64,000 nucleotides of DNA from a virus. Positions within the stretch are counted from its first letter, which is position 1. Each line of letters begins with the position of its first letter. Both the position numbers and the translations under genes were made by a program. Below are positions 30,678 to 40,045 of this stretch, piece by piece. The notes under the pieces are model-generated. The model had not been told where the DNA came from, ran no database searches, and saw only the letters and a list, made by a program, of their open reading frames with translations. The stretch lies in the IMG/VR virus record IMGVR_UViG_2716884767_000001, positions 39,510 to 103,509 of that record; one strand, written 5' to 3'.

Positions 30678-31196
30678 ATGATTGCATTAGTTATTGCTCT
30701 TCCACAAGAAGCAGAAGGAATAGAAGGACACCAGATCTATTTGAGTGGGTGTGGTAAAGTAAATGCTACCATTGCTACAATGGAGGCTATAGATTCGGGA
30801 GCAAAAACAATAATTAATTATGGGACTGCTGGTGCCGTAAAAGATATATCTGGTTTAGTTGAAGTTACTGGATATGTTGATCGTGATATGGATGTTCGAC
30901 CACTTGGATTTAGATTAGGTCAAACTCCATTTGAAGAGAATATTCGTATAGGTAGAAGGGGTCTAGTTGTTGGAAGTGGTGATTCTTTTGCAGTAGGTAA
31001 ACCAGACATAGAATGTGATATAGTAGATATGGAAGCATACGCAATTGCTAAAGTATGTAAAAAATATGATGTTAGTTTTAAATGTTTCAAATACATATCG
31101 GATAAGGCAGATGAAAATGCTGCTTCTGATTGGAAAGATAATATTAAAAAAGGAAATAAATTATTTCAGAAAATACTTTATCATGGTGAATTGTAA
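30678..31196 (+). CDS. MTA/SAH nucleosidase (PNP_UDP_1 family)
   Basis: SGCGKVNA, INYGTAG, SGDSF, VDMEAYAIA, KYISD. Confidence 0.85.
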   Translation: MIALVIALPQEAEGIEGHQIYLSGCGKVNATIATMEAIDSGAKTIINYGTAGAVKDISGLVEVTGYVDRDMDVRPLGFRLGQTPFEENIRIGRRGLVVGSGDSFAVGKPDIECDIVDMEAYAIAKVCKKYDVSFKCFKYISDKADENAASDWKDNIKKGNKLFQKILYHGEL

Positions 31197-31579
31197 TGAC
31201 TGAACTCAAAGACTGGTTAAACTCTATAAATCAGACAAAGAAAAATTTGATTGATGAAGACCCATCAATTGAAAAAGACTATCCACCTTATATAATTAAT
31301 CGTTGTTATTCTGGTCATCTTGATGCAGTTATGTTTGCAAATGAGATGAATAAATATAACTTCTTACCAAAGAAGATGCAATATGACTTTTTTATAAATA
31401 CCCTCAGAGTTAAGAAAAGATTTTCTCCTTGGCTTCGTAAGGATGAAATCAAAGATCTAGATTATGTAAAACGTTATTATGGGTATAGTAACGAAAAAGC
31501 AAAACAGATTATTAAAATTCTTTCCAAAGAACAACTTAATTTTATAAAATCGAAATTTGAAACTGGAGGATCGAAATGA
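31196..31579 (+). CDS. g62: clamp loader small subunit gp62
   Basis: YPPYIINR, ANEMN, YYGYSNEKA; upstream of regA. Confidence 0.92.
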   Translation: MTELKDWLNSINQTKKNLIDEDPSIEKDYPPYIINRCYSGHLDAVMFANEMNKYNFLPKKMQYDFFINTLRVKKRFSPWLRKDEIKDLDYVKRYYGYSNEKAKQIIKILSKEQLNFIKSKFETGGSK

Positions 31580-32007
31580 GTGTCGTTAAAGAACCAGAGG
31601 TGAACTGGACATCGGATCAGATGGTGGAAATTTCACTAGGTGAACCTGATGATTTTTTGAAAGTCAGAGAAACTCTAACAAGAATTGGTGTCGCATCAAG
31701 AAAAGAGAAGAAAATATATCAATCATGTCATATACTGCATAAGCAGGGTAGATATTACATTGTTCATTTTAAAGAGTTGTTTGCTTTAGATGGTAAACGT
31801 GCAAATTTAACTGTAAACGATGTCCAGAGACGTAATCGTATAGTTCAATTATTAGTTGATTGGGGATTAGTTGAGATTATAAATGCTGATAGAATACAAG
31901 ATATAGCACCTTTAAATCAAATTAAAGTTTTGTCTTACAAAGATAAAGGTGATTGGATATTAGAGACAAAATACAATATCGGAAGTAAAAAGAAAAAGAC
32001 CGACTAG
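31576..32007 (+). CDS. regA: translational repressor RegA
   Basis: DDFLKVRETLTRIGVAS, SCHILHKQGRYYIVHFKELF. Confidence 0.97.
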   Translation: MSVVKEPEVNWTSDQMVEISLGEPDDFLKVRETLTRIGVASRKEKKIYQSCHILHKQGRYYIVHFKELFALDGKRANLTVNDVQRRNRIVQLLVDWGLVEIINADRIQDIAPLNQIKVLSYKDKGDWILETKYNIGSKKKKTD

Positions 32008-32082
32008 GCATTTCTTTTTGTTAAGAAATCCTCACATAAGTATAAATTCTTTGATACATAATAATGAGTATATAAGGAGACG

Positions 32083-32241
32083 ATGCCTATGCACAATCCA
32101 ATATCATTCAATAATTTGAACTCTTGGGTGCCTTTCAATTTATCTAATACAGACCCAATAGATGATTACTTTGAGTGTATTGTTGAATGTAAAGAAGGAG
32201 ACAAATCATGTGCATTAGAATGTAGATCACTTCTAGAATAG
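32083..32241 (+). CDS. small four-cysteine protein (not in ORF track)
   Basis: ...DPIDDYFECIVECKEGDKSCALECRSLLE; AAGGAGA RBS; in-frame ATGs at 32083 and 32089. Confidence 0.7.
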   Translation: MPMHNPISFNNLNSWVPFNLSNTDPIDDYFECIVECKEGDKSCALECRSLLE

Positions 32242-32264
32242 GAGCAGACCAATGAATCCTTACA

Positions 32265-32297
32265 AAAAGGGGGGGGTAAACCACCCCCTCTTTTTTG
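32265..32297 (+). terminator. rho-independent terminator
   Basis: G-run/C-run stem followed by a T run; upstream A run suggests it works in both directions. Confidence 0.8.
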
Positions 32298-32318
32298 CGT
32301 TTTATGGTTAAATAGTAT

Positions 32319-32369
32319 TGGATGCCGAAAGGATCCACATTTAACACTCGCTTACTAAGGAGAACTATG
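32319..32369 (+). promoter_or_regulatory. structured hsp20 leader, ROSE-like RNA thermometer candidate
   Basis: GAAA-tetraloop hairpin at 32319-32337, then UCGCU able to pair with the AGGA SD. Confidence 0.55.
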
Positions 32370-32798
32370 AACTTACAAAGGTATCACTCTGCAAACTTAC
32401 CAGAGTTGATGAAAATAATTTCAAAGAACGGTATAGGTATGGACGATTATCTAGACCGATTTTTTAATTCTTATGAAACCACAACAAACTATCCACCCTA
32501 CAATTTAATTCATGTAAATAATGTTGAGTCTGTGCTTGAGATTGCTCTTGCAGGGTTCACTAAAAAAGAATTAAAGGTTTACACTGAATATGGAAAACTT
32601 ATTGTTGATGGTCAAAAAGAGACGAAGGAGACGGGATCCGAGTATGTCCATCAAGGACTGGCTCAAAGATCTTTCTCAAGAGCCTGGACATTATCAGACG
32701 ATGTTGAAGTCAGAGAGGTTCAATTCAAAGATGGACTTCTTACCGTCAAGTTGGGTAAGATAGTACCAGATCATCATGCAAGGAAAGATTATCTATGA
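32367..32798 (+). CDS. hsp20: small heat-shock protein
   Basis: NYPPYN, EIALAGF, HQGLAQRSF, DGLLTV. Confidence 0.95.
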   Translation: MNLQRYHSANLPELMKIISKNGIGMDDYLDRFFNSYETTTNYPPYNLIHVNNVESVLEIALAGFTKKELKVYTEYGKLIVDGQKETKETGSEYVHQGLAQRSFSRAWTLSDDVEVREVQFKDGLLTVKLGKIVPDHHARKDYL

Positions 32799-32825
32799 TA
32801 TAATAAAAGAACTTATTATTATGTA

Positions 32826-33791
32826 ATGGATTATAAAAGTTCTGGAGTTGATATCGAAGCAGGTAATGCTTTCGTAAATTCTATTAAAGATACCGTTAAG
32901 TCCACTCATCGACCAGAAGTCGTGGGTGGACTTGGTGGTTTTAATGGTATGATTAAAATTCCAGAAGGATATAAAAAACCAATCTTAGTATCAGGAGCAG
33001 ATGGTGTAGGTACTAAATTAAAAATAGCTCATATCTGGGATAAGCATTATGAAATGGGTATTGATTTAGTTGCAATGTGTGTTAATGATGTAATTACCTG
33101 TGGGGCAGAACCCTTATATTTTTTGGATTATATTGCGACTGGTAAACTCGATGCAAAGAAATTATCAGAAATTATTACAGGAATTGCCATGGGTTGTACT
33201 ATGTCTGGATGCACATTGTTAGGTGGTGAGACTGCAGAAATGCCTAGTATGTATGATTCATTAAGTTATGATCTTGCAGGATTTTGTACAGGTGTTGTAG
33301 ATGAGGATGATATTATTGATGGATCAAACATAACTAAAGGTGATTTAATTATTGGTATTGAAAGTAGTGGACTTCACAGTAATGGATATAGTTTAATTAA
33401 TAATATGCTTTGGAGACAAAAGATTGCTTATCTTGATATGCCTGAGTTATCTACACCAACACGCATCTATGTATCAGTGGTTAAGGAACTAATCAATCAA
33501 GTTCCAATCTTAGGAATGGCACATATTACAGGTGGTGGTATTATTGAAAATTTACCAAGATGTATTCCTGATGGACTTAAGGCAAATGTAAATTACGACT
33601 CATGGCCTTTACCCGACATATTTAAAAAAATTATGCTTGCAGGTGAGATACTACCAGAGGAAATGAAAAAGGTATTTAATTTAGGAATTGGTTATTGTAT
33701 TGTAATTCCGAAAGATGCTGAGACAGATGCACATGATACCATAGATGCATTTGGATACAAAAGTTGGACAATTGGAGAAGTTGTGCTATAA
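32826..33791 (+). CDS. purM: AIR synthetase
   Basis: YKSSGVDI, DGVGTK, GGETAEMP, GLHSNGYSL, HITGGG. Confidence 0.97.
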   Translation: MDYKSSGVDIEAGNAFVNSIKDTVKSTHRPEVVGGLGGFNGMIKIPEGYKKPILVSGADGVGTKLKIAHIWDKHYEMGIDLVAMCVNDVITCGAEPLYFLDYIATGKLDAKKLSEIITGIAMGCTMSGCTLLGGETAEMPSMYDSLSYDLAGFCTGVVDEDDIIDGSNITKGDLIIGIESSGLHSNGYSLINNMLWRQKIAYLDMPELSTPTRIYVSVVKELINQVPILGMAHITGGGIIENLPRCIPDGLKANVNYDSWPLPDIFKKIMLAGEILPEEMKKVFNLGIGYCIVIPKDAETDAHDTIDAFGYKSWTIGEVVL

Positions 33792-33792
33792 T
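33765..33792 (+). promoter_or_regulatory. sigma70-like promoter
   Basis: TGGACA-N16-TATAAT with TGTG extension. Confidence 0.6.
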
Positions 33793-33798
33793 GTATTT

Positions 33799-33867
33799 GT
33801 CAGAGAAATACTGACTGCGGTGATCCCCTTTGGTAGGTTCAGGATTAGCGGCGATAGGAATCTACCA
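33799..33867 (+). ncRNA. candidate structured small RNA with pseudoknot
   Basis: GTCAG/CTGAC hairpin; 10-bp TGGTAGGTTC/GAATCTACCA stem; loop GGATTA can pair with upstream TGATCC. Confidence 0.6.
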
Positions 33868-33889
33868 CAAAAATATTCGACTCAAACAA

Positions 33890-34156
33890 ATGGAAAAAAA
33901 TATACAGTGTATCATCTTACAAAGTGGTGTTGTTTTAGTATCAGAAATTGAAGAAGCATTTGGTGATATACCTGGTGAACCAGATTGTAGATTACTCAGT
34001 CCGTTTAAGTTAATCAAAACAAAAGAAACATACACTTTAGAACCATGGTTGGATTTCAGTAATCAATCTGTTACAATGATGAGGTCAGGTGATGCCATCA
34101 CTTTTGTTGAACCAAATGGTGAGTTGCGTGACAAGTATATTAAATTGACATCCTAA
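33890..34156 (+). CDS. conserved hypothetical protein upstream of g43
   Basis: GEPDCRLLSPF; TAATG coupling to g43. Confidence 0.7.
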   Translation: MEKNIQCIILQSGVVLVSEIEEAFGDIPGEPDCRLLSPFKLIKTKETYTLEPWLDFSNQSVTMMRSGDAITFVEPNGELRDKYIKLTS

Positions 34157-36657
34157 TGAGGTTTTACACCAACGTCCAAATGGTTGGAGACAATTTCTTA
34201 GTTCGTGGTTATGAGAATGGAAAACATTTTGCCACTCGTGAGAAGTTTTATCCAACTCTTTTTGTTCCTTCGAAAAAGAAAACAAGATTCAAAACTCTTG
34301 AGGGTGATTACGTCGAGTCTGTTGAACCAGGCACTGTAAGAGAGTGTCGTGAGTTCATTAGAAGATATTCTGAAGTTGAGAACTTTAAGGTGTATGGTAA
34401 TGATAGGTACATCTATCAATATATTTCAGAGAAGTATCCAGAAGAAGAAATTAAGTTTGATTCGAGTAAGATCAAGATCACTACACTTGATATTGAGGTG
34501 AAATCAGAGAATGGTTTCCCTGATGTAGAATCTGCTGCGGAAGAAATACTTCTCATATCAATACAGGATTATACAACAAAACAGATACGGACTTGGGGTC
34601 AAGGACCTTTCAATAATAAACAGAAGAATGTAATATACAAGGGATTTAATAGTGAGTATGAATTACTAAATTCATTCATTCACTGGTGGATGATAGAAGA
34701 GAATACACCAGAGGTTATTACTGGTTGGAACAGTGAGTTGTATGATATTCCATATTTGGCACGTAGACTTGAAAGAGTCTTGGGAGAAAAACTTCGTAAA
34801 AGATTATCTCCATGGGGTTTGGTGACTGAAGATGTAATTTATATCGCAGGACGTAAGAATATTACATATGACATTGGTGGTATCACACAATTAGATTATT
34901 TAAATCTCTATAAGAAGTTTACTTACAAGGCACAAGAATCATATCGTTTGGATTATATTGCAAGTGTTGAACTTGGACAGAAGAAACTTGATCACTCAGA
35001 GTTTGATACATTTAAGGATTTCTACACAAAAGGTTGGCAAAAGTTTGTAGAGTATAATATAATCGACGTTGAACTTGTTGACCGCATGGAAGACAAGATG
35101 AAATTGATTGAACTTGCAATCGTTATGGCATATGATGCAAAGGCAAACTATGCTGATGTATTCTCACAGGTTCGTATGTGGGATACAATAATTTATAACT
35201 ATTTAAAGAAGAGAAACATTGTTATTCCTCCAAAAGAGAGATCTGATAAATCCGAAAAGTACGCAGGAGCCTATGTCAAAGAACCGATACCAGGAAAGTA
35301 TGATTGGGTGGTTTCGTTTGACCTTAATAGTCTGTATCCTCATCTCATTATGCAATATAATATTTCCCCTGAGACCCTCAAGGATGAACGACATCCAACA
35401 GCTTCGGTTGATAAAATCCTTCAGGAAGAAGTAAATTTTGAGTTGCACAAAGATAGTGCCGTATGTGCAAATGGTGCGATGTATCGAAAAGATGTGCGTG
35501 GATTTCTTCCAGAGTTGATGGAGAAGATATACAAAGATCGAACTGTTTATAAAAAGAAAATGCTTGCTGCAAAACAAGCATATGAAAAAACTCCTACCAA
35601 AACTTTGGAGAAGGAGATTGCCAGATGTAACAATATACAAATGGCACGTAAGATTCAACTTAACTCTGCCTATGGTGCGATTGGAAATCAATATTTCCGA
35701 TACTATAAACTTGCTAATGCAGAGGCAATCACTCTATCGGGTCAAGTATCGATTCGTTGGATTGAGAATCGAATGAACACTTTTATTAACAAGATATTAA
35801 AAACGGAGGATGTTGATTATGTCATTGCTAGTGATACTGATTCTATCTACCTTAACCTTGGTCCTTTGGTGGAGGTCATATACAAGGGGAGAGAGAAGAC
35901 TTCTGAAAGCATTGTTTCGTTCCTTAATAAGATCTGTGAGATGGAATTTGAAAAGTATATTGAAAGTTCTTATGAAACGTTGGCCAACTATGTAAACGCA
36001 TACGATCAAAAGATGTTCATGAAACGAGAGAACATCGCAGATCGTGGCATATGGACAGCAAAGAAAAGATATATTCTAAACGTGTGGGATAGTGAGGGTG
36101 TGAGATACGATGAACCCAAACTGAAGATGATGGGTATTGAAGCAGTTAAGTCATCAACCCCTGCTCCTTGTCGTACCATGATTAAAGATGGACTCAAGTT
36201 GATGATGAATGGTACAGAGGAAGATGTGATTCATTTTATTGATGAATGTCGTTCAAAGTTTAAGACACTTGATCCAGAAGACATAGCATTTCCAAGAACT
36301 GCATCTGATGTTCGTAAGTATAAAGCATCTTCTACGATCTATGCAAAAGGAACTCCAATACATTGTCGAGGTGCTCTCTTGTTTAATCATTATATTACAA
36401 AGAAAAATTTAACAAATAAATATTCACTTATTGGTAATGGTGAGAAGGTTAAGTTTATTTACTTGAAGAAACCAAACATCATACAGGAGAATGTAATATC
36501 ATTCATTCAAGACTTTCCCCGTGAACTTGGACTTGACAAATACATAGATTATGAACTACAATTTGAGAAGAGTTTCGTCGAACCACTTAAAGCAATTCTT
36601 GATGCGATTGGGTGGAACGTTGAAAAAACTGTAAACCTTGAATTATTTTTTACATAA
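34156..36657 (+). CDS. g43: family B DNA polymerase gp43
   Basis: DIEV exonuclease motif, SFDLNSLYP, KIQLNSAYG, SDTDS. Confidence 0.98.
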   Translation: MRFYTNVQMVGDNFLVRGYENGKHFATREKFYPTLFVPSKKKTRFKTLEGDYVESVEPGTVRECREFIRRYSEVENFKVYGNDRYIYQYISEKYPEEEIKFDSSKIKITTLDIEVKSENGFPDVESAAEEILLISIQDYTTKQIRTWGQGPFNNKQKNVIYKGFNSEYELLNSFIHWWMIEENTPEVITGWNSELYDIPYLARRLERVLGEKLRKRLSPWGLVTEDVIYIAGRKNITYDIGGITQLDYLNLYKKFTYKAQESYRLDYIASVELGQKKLDHSEFDTFKDFYTKGWQKFVEYNIIDVELVDRMEDKMKLIELAIVMAYDAKANYADVFSQVRMWDTIIYNYLKKRNIVIPPKERSDKSEKYAGAYVKEPIPGKYDWVVSFDLNSLYPHLIMQYNISPETLKDERHPTASVDKILQEEVNFELHKDSAVCANGAMYRKDVRGFLPELMEKIYKDRTVYKKKMLAAKQAYEKTPTKTLEKEIARCNNIQMARKIQLNSAYGAIGNQYFRYYKLANAEAITLSGQVSIRWIENRMNTFINKILKTEDVDYVIASDTDSIYLNLGPLVEVIYKGREKTSESIVSFLNKICEMEFEKYIESSYETLANYVNAYDQKMFMKRENIADRGIWTAKKRYILNVWDSEGVRYDEPKLKMMGIEAVKSSTPAPCRTMIKDGLKLMMNGTEEDVIHFIDECRSKFKTLDPEDIAFPRTASDVRKYKASSTIYAKGTPIHCRGALLFNHYITKKNLTNKYSLIGNGEKVKFIYLKKPNIIQENVISFIQDFPRELGLDKYIDYELQFEKSFVEPLKAILDAIGWNVEKTVNLELFFT

Positions 36658-36842
36658 TGGATTTGCCTATCAACAAAAAAGAATTTGATTATATTGTTAC
36701 CGCATTGTGGAAATGTAGAAAAACTGAAGATGAATGTGGAGATTTATATGAAAAAATGAAATTGATTCAAGACGTTATGAATGAGTATCCCGACGGACCT
36801 TATAAAAAAATACTTCGTGAACAATATGGAATGGTAGCTTAA
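36657..36842 (+). CDS. hypothetical protein
   Basis: TAATG-coupled on both sides. Confidence 0.65.
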   Translation: MDLPINKKEFDYIVTALWKCRKTEDECGDLYEKMKLIQDVMNEYPDGPYKKILREQYGMVA

Positions 36843-37849
36843 TGGATTTTTTAAAAGAAATAGTAAAAGAGATTGGTGATGAGTACACCCAAATCGCAGC
36901 AGACATAGATGAAACAGAAAGATTCATTGATACAGGAAGTTATATCTTCAATGCGCTTGTTAGTGGTTCCGTTTATGGTGGCGTTTCTACTAATAAGATT
37001 ACTGCCATCGCTGGTGAGACCTCTACTGGAAAGACTTATTTTTCCCTTGCTATTGTCAAGAACTTTCTGGACACTAACCCTGATGGGTATTGCCTCTATT
37101 TTGATACTGAAGCAGCAATCACCAAGGGATTACTTGCATCTCGTGGAATTGATCAAAACAGACTTGTTGTTGTCAATGTCGTTACCATAGAAGAGTTTCG
37201 AAGTAAGGCACTTCGTGCAGTAGATATATACTTGAAGACAGAAGAAGAGAATCGCAAACCTTGCATGTTTGTATTAGATTCTTTAGGTATGCTTTCCACA
37301 GAGAAAGAAATCACTGATGCACTTAATGATAAACAAGTCAGAGATATGACCAAATCTCAACTTGTTAAAGGTGCATTTCGTATGCTTACCTTAAAACTTG
37401 GTCAAGCAAATATTCCACTCATAGTTACAAATCACACTTACGATGTTATCGGATCTTACATCCCTACTAAAGAAATGGGAGGCGGCAGTGGCCTCAAGTA
37501 TGCCGCGTCTACAATCATTTATCTCAGCAAAAAAAAGGAAAAGGATAAGACAGAAGTTGTTGGAAACATTATTAAAGCTAAGACGGCTAAAAGTAGACTC
37601 AGCAAAGAAAACCAACAAGTTGAAATAAGACTCTACTATGATGAAAGAGGACTTGATCGTTATTATGGTCTTCTTGAATTAGGAGAACTTGGTGGTCTTT
37701 GGAAGAATACTGCTGGAAGATATGAGGTTGATGGTAAAAAAATATATGCTAAAAATATATACGCAGAACCTGAGAAATATTTCACAGACGATATAATGAA
37801 TAAACTAGACGAAATATCAAAGAAGAATTTTTCTTATGGAACGAATTGA
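36842..37849 (+). CDS. uvsX: RecA-like recombinase UvsX
   Basis: AGETSTGKT, YFDTE, DSLGML, MGGGSGLKYAAS. Confidence 0.96.
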   Translation: MDFLKEIVKEIGDEYTQIAADIDETERFIDTGSYIFNALVSGSVYGGVSTNKITAIAGETSTGKTYFSLAIVKNFLDTNPDGYCLYFDTEAAITKGLLASRGIDQNRLVVVNVVTIEEFRSKALRAVDIYLKTEEENRKPCMFVLDSLGMLSTEKEITDALNDKQVRDMTKSQLVKGAFRMLTLKLGQANIPLIVTNHTYDVIGSYIPTKEMGGGSGLKYAASTIIYLSKKKEKDKTEVVGNIIKAKTAKSRLSKENQQVEIRLYYDERGLDRYYGLLELGELGGLWKNTAGRYEVDGKKIYAKNIYAEPEKYFTDDIMNKLDEISKKNFSYGTN

Positions 37850-39212
37850 ATCTACAATTCTTAAAAACCTAATACACAATGAAGAGTATTCTCGAAAGGT
37901 AATTCCTTTTATTGAACCTGATTTTTTTGAAGATCGAAAGGAAAAGGTAATATTTGAAGAGATAACATCATTTATTGTCAAGTACGGATCATCGATAACT
38001 TTAGAAGCACTAAATATTGAGGTTGACAATCGAACTGATTTAAATGATTCTGAAGTCAAAGAAATACATGAGATAAATCAAAACCTCATAGAGTCCCCTG
38101 TAGATCAGCAATGGTTGCTTGATTCTACAGAAAAGTGGTGCCGTGATCGTGCAATTTATCTTGCTTTGATGGAATCAATTCACATCGCAGATGGCAATGA
38201 TGAAAAAAAGAATCGTGATGCTATACCAACCATACTATCAGATGCCCTTTCAGTTTCCTTTGATAACAATATTGGACATGATTACCTACTAAACTACGAA
38301 GACAGATATGAGTTCTACCACAAGAAAGAAGAAAAAATTGAATTTGATCTGGAATATTTTAATAAAATTACCAAAGGTGGTTTACCTAATAAGACTCTTA
38401 ACATCGCGCTTGCTGGTACTGGTGTCGGGAAGTCTTTATTCATGTGCCACTTTGCTAGCTCCGTGTTGTTACAAGGGAGGAACGTACTCTATATTACAAT
38501 GGAGATGGCAGAAGAGAAAATTGCTGAACGAATTGACGCAAATCTTTTAGATGTTTCAATACAAGATCTAACTGATCTACCAAAGACAATGTTTGAGAAT
38601 AAGGTTACTGCTGTATCCAAGAAGACTCAAGGTCATTTAATTATCAAAGAATATCCAACTGCAGGTGCACATAGTGGACATTTTAAAACTTTATTAAATG
38701 AACTTGCATTGAAAAAATCATTTAAACCTGATATAATATTTGTAGATTATCTAAACATTTGTGCATCTTCACGTTACAAGGTAGGTAGTAATGTCAATTC
38801 TTACTCGTATATCAAAGCAATTGCGGAAGAACTTCGTGGTCTCGCCGTCGAAGCGAACCTACCGATTGTATCCGCAACTCAAACTACTCGGAGTGGTTTT
38901 GCTAGTTCTGATGTTGATCTTACCGATACCTCTGAGTCATTTGGCCTTCCTGCAACTGCTGATCTTATGTTTGCTCTTATTTCAACTGAAGAATTGGAGA
39001 ACTTAAATCAGATAATGATTAAACAACTTAAGAATCGTTACAATGATCCGACTATTTTTAAAAGGTTTATTATCGGAGTAGACCGTGCAAAGATGAGATT
39101 ATATGACTGTGAGCAAAAGGCACAAGATGATATTCTTGACAATGGTAAGGAAGAGGAGTATAATAAACAAGACAAGGTTCCTAAAAAATCATTTGCTGAG
39201 TTTAAATTTTGA
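37836..39212 (+). CDS. g41: replicative helicase gp41
   Basis: AGTGVGKS, DYLNI, SATQTTR, QLKNRY. Confidence 0.97.
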   Translation: MERIESTILKNLIHNEEYSRKVIPFIEPDFFEDRKEKVIFEEITSFIVKYGSSITLEALNIEVDNRTDLNDSEVKEIHEINQNLIESPVDQQWLLDSTEKWCRDRAIYLALMESIHIADGNDEKKNRDAIPTILSDALSVSFDNNIGHDYLLNYEDRYEFYHKKEEKIEFDLEYFNKITKGGLPNKTLNIALAGTGVGKSLFMCHFASSVLLQGRNVLYITMEMAEEKIAERIDANLLDVSIQDLTDLPKTMFENKVTAVSKKTQGHLIIKEYPTAGAHSGHFKTLLNELALKKSFKPDIIFVDYLNICASSRYKVGSNVNSYSYIKAIAEELRGLAVEANLPIVSATQTTRSGFASSDVDLTDTSESFGLPATADLMFALISTEELENLNQIMIKQLKNRYNDPTIFKRFIIGVDRAKMRLYDCEQKAQDDILDNGKEEEYNKQDKVPKKSFAEFKF

Positions 39213-39436
39213 TAGTTCAAAGAGTTAAATGGTGTAGTGCTACTATAGTTCTCATTGCTATGGTTTTTCATGTCATGGGTTGGACTCCTTGGAATAGCAT
39301 ACTTCAAATGATAGGTGCTGCTGGATGGGTCTACGTTGGTAAAAAAATGGGAGAACGTGCAATTATCTTAAACTTTTTACCACAATTTTTTATTATTATT
39401 CCTGGTCTTATTATTCTTTATTTACAACATGACTAA
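39209..39436 (+). CDS. small membrane protein
   Basis: Three hydrophobic segments; TTG start overlapping the g41 stop. Confidence 0.6.
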   Translation: MIVQRVKWCSATIVLIAMVFHVMGWTPWNSILQMIGAAGWVYVGKKMGERAIILNFLPQFFIIIPGLIILYLQHD

Positions 39437-39839
39437 AAAAGTTGACTTTACTAAGTATGCTGATTTCGTGGATGGTGTCACATCCCATCCCAGTAAAGAT
39501 TATCAATGCTTTATTGAGAGTGTTAGTTCCCTTAATGGAAAGGGTGCCAATATTGAACGTCTTCTTACTGCTGCCGTTGGCATTTCTGCTGAAGGTGGTG
39601 AGTTTATGGAGATTGTCAAGAAGATGGTTTTCCAAGGTAAACCTTGGGATGAGCATAATCGAAAGCATCTTATTATTGAGTTGGGTGACGTTATGTGGTA
39701 TGTGATGCAAGCATGCATGGCATTAGATGTATCACTAGATGAAGTTGTAGAAGGAAACGTAGATAAATTAAAGAAGAGATATCCTGGTGGGGAGTTTAAC
39801 GTGTACCAATCAGAAAATCGTAAGGAGGGAGACCTATGA
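39429..39839 (+). CDS. mazG: MazG-like NTP pyrophosphohydrolase
   Basis: AEGGEFMEIVKK, ELGDVMWY, NVDKLKKRYP. Confidence 0.93.
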   Translation: MTKKVDFTKYADFVDGVTSHPSKDYQCFIESVSSLNGKGANIERLLTAAVGISAEGGEFMEIVKKMVFQGKPWDEHNRKHLIIELGDVMWYVMQACMALDVSLDEVVEGNVDKLKKRYPGGEFNVYQSENRKEGDL

Positions 39840-40039
39840 GGGAACAACTAATCAAAGCATTACTTGCACATGCCCAAGGTGATATTGCTAAACACAAAGC
39901 AAACATTGAAGTATATCTTACAAATCCTGTGGGTATTGGAGAGCATTCAAATATTGTAGAAGCAATCGAAGGAGAGTTAGACATGATTGCAAAGTACCAA
40001 GATCAGATAGACATTATAAATAAATACTTCAAAAAGTAA
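39836..40039 (+). CDS. conserved hypothetical protein
   Basis: NIEVYLTNPVGIGEHS. Confidence 0.75.
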   Translation: MREQLIKALLAHAQGDIAKHKANIEVYLTNPVGIGEHSNIVEAIEGELDMIAKYQDQIDIINKYFKK

Positions 40040-40045
40040 CCTGAG

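Noticed and set aside
33830-33889. TTG-start N-terminal extension of the ORF before g43
   Set aside because: It falls inside the structured RNA; ATG 33890 is the more plausible start.
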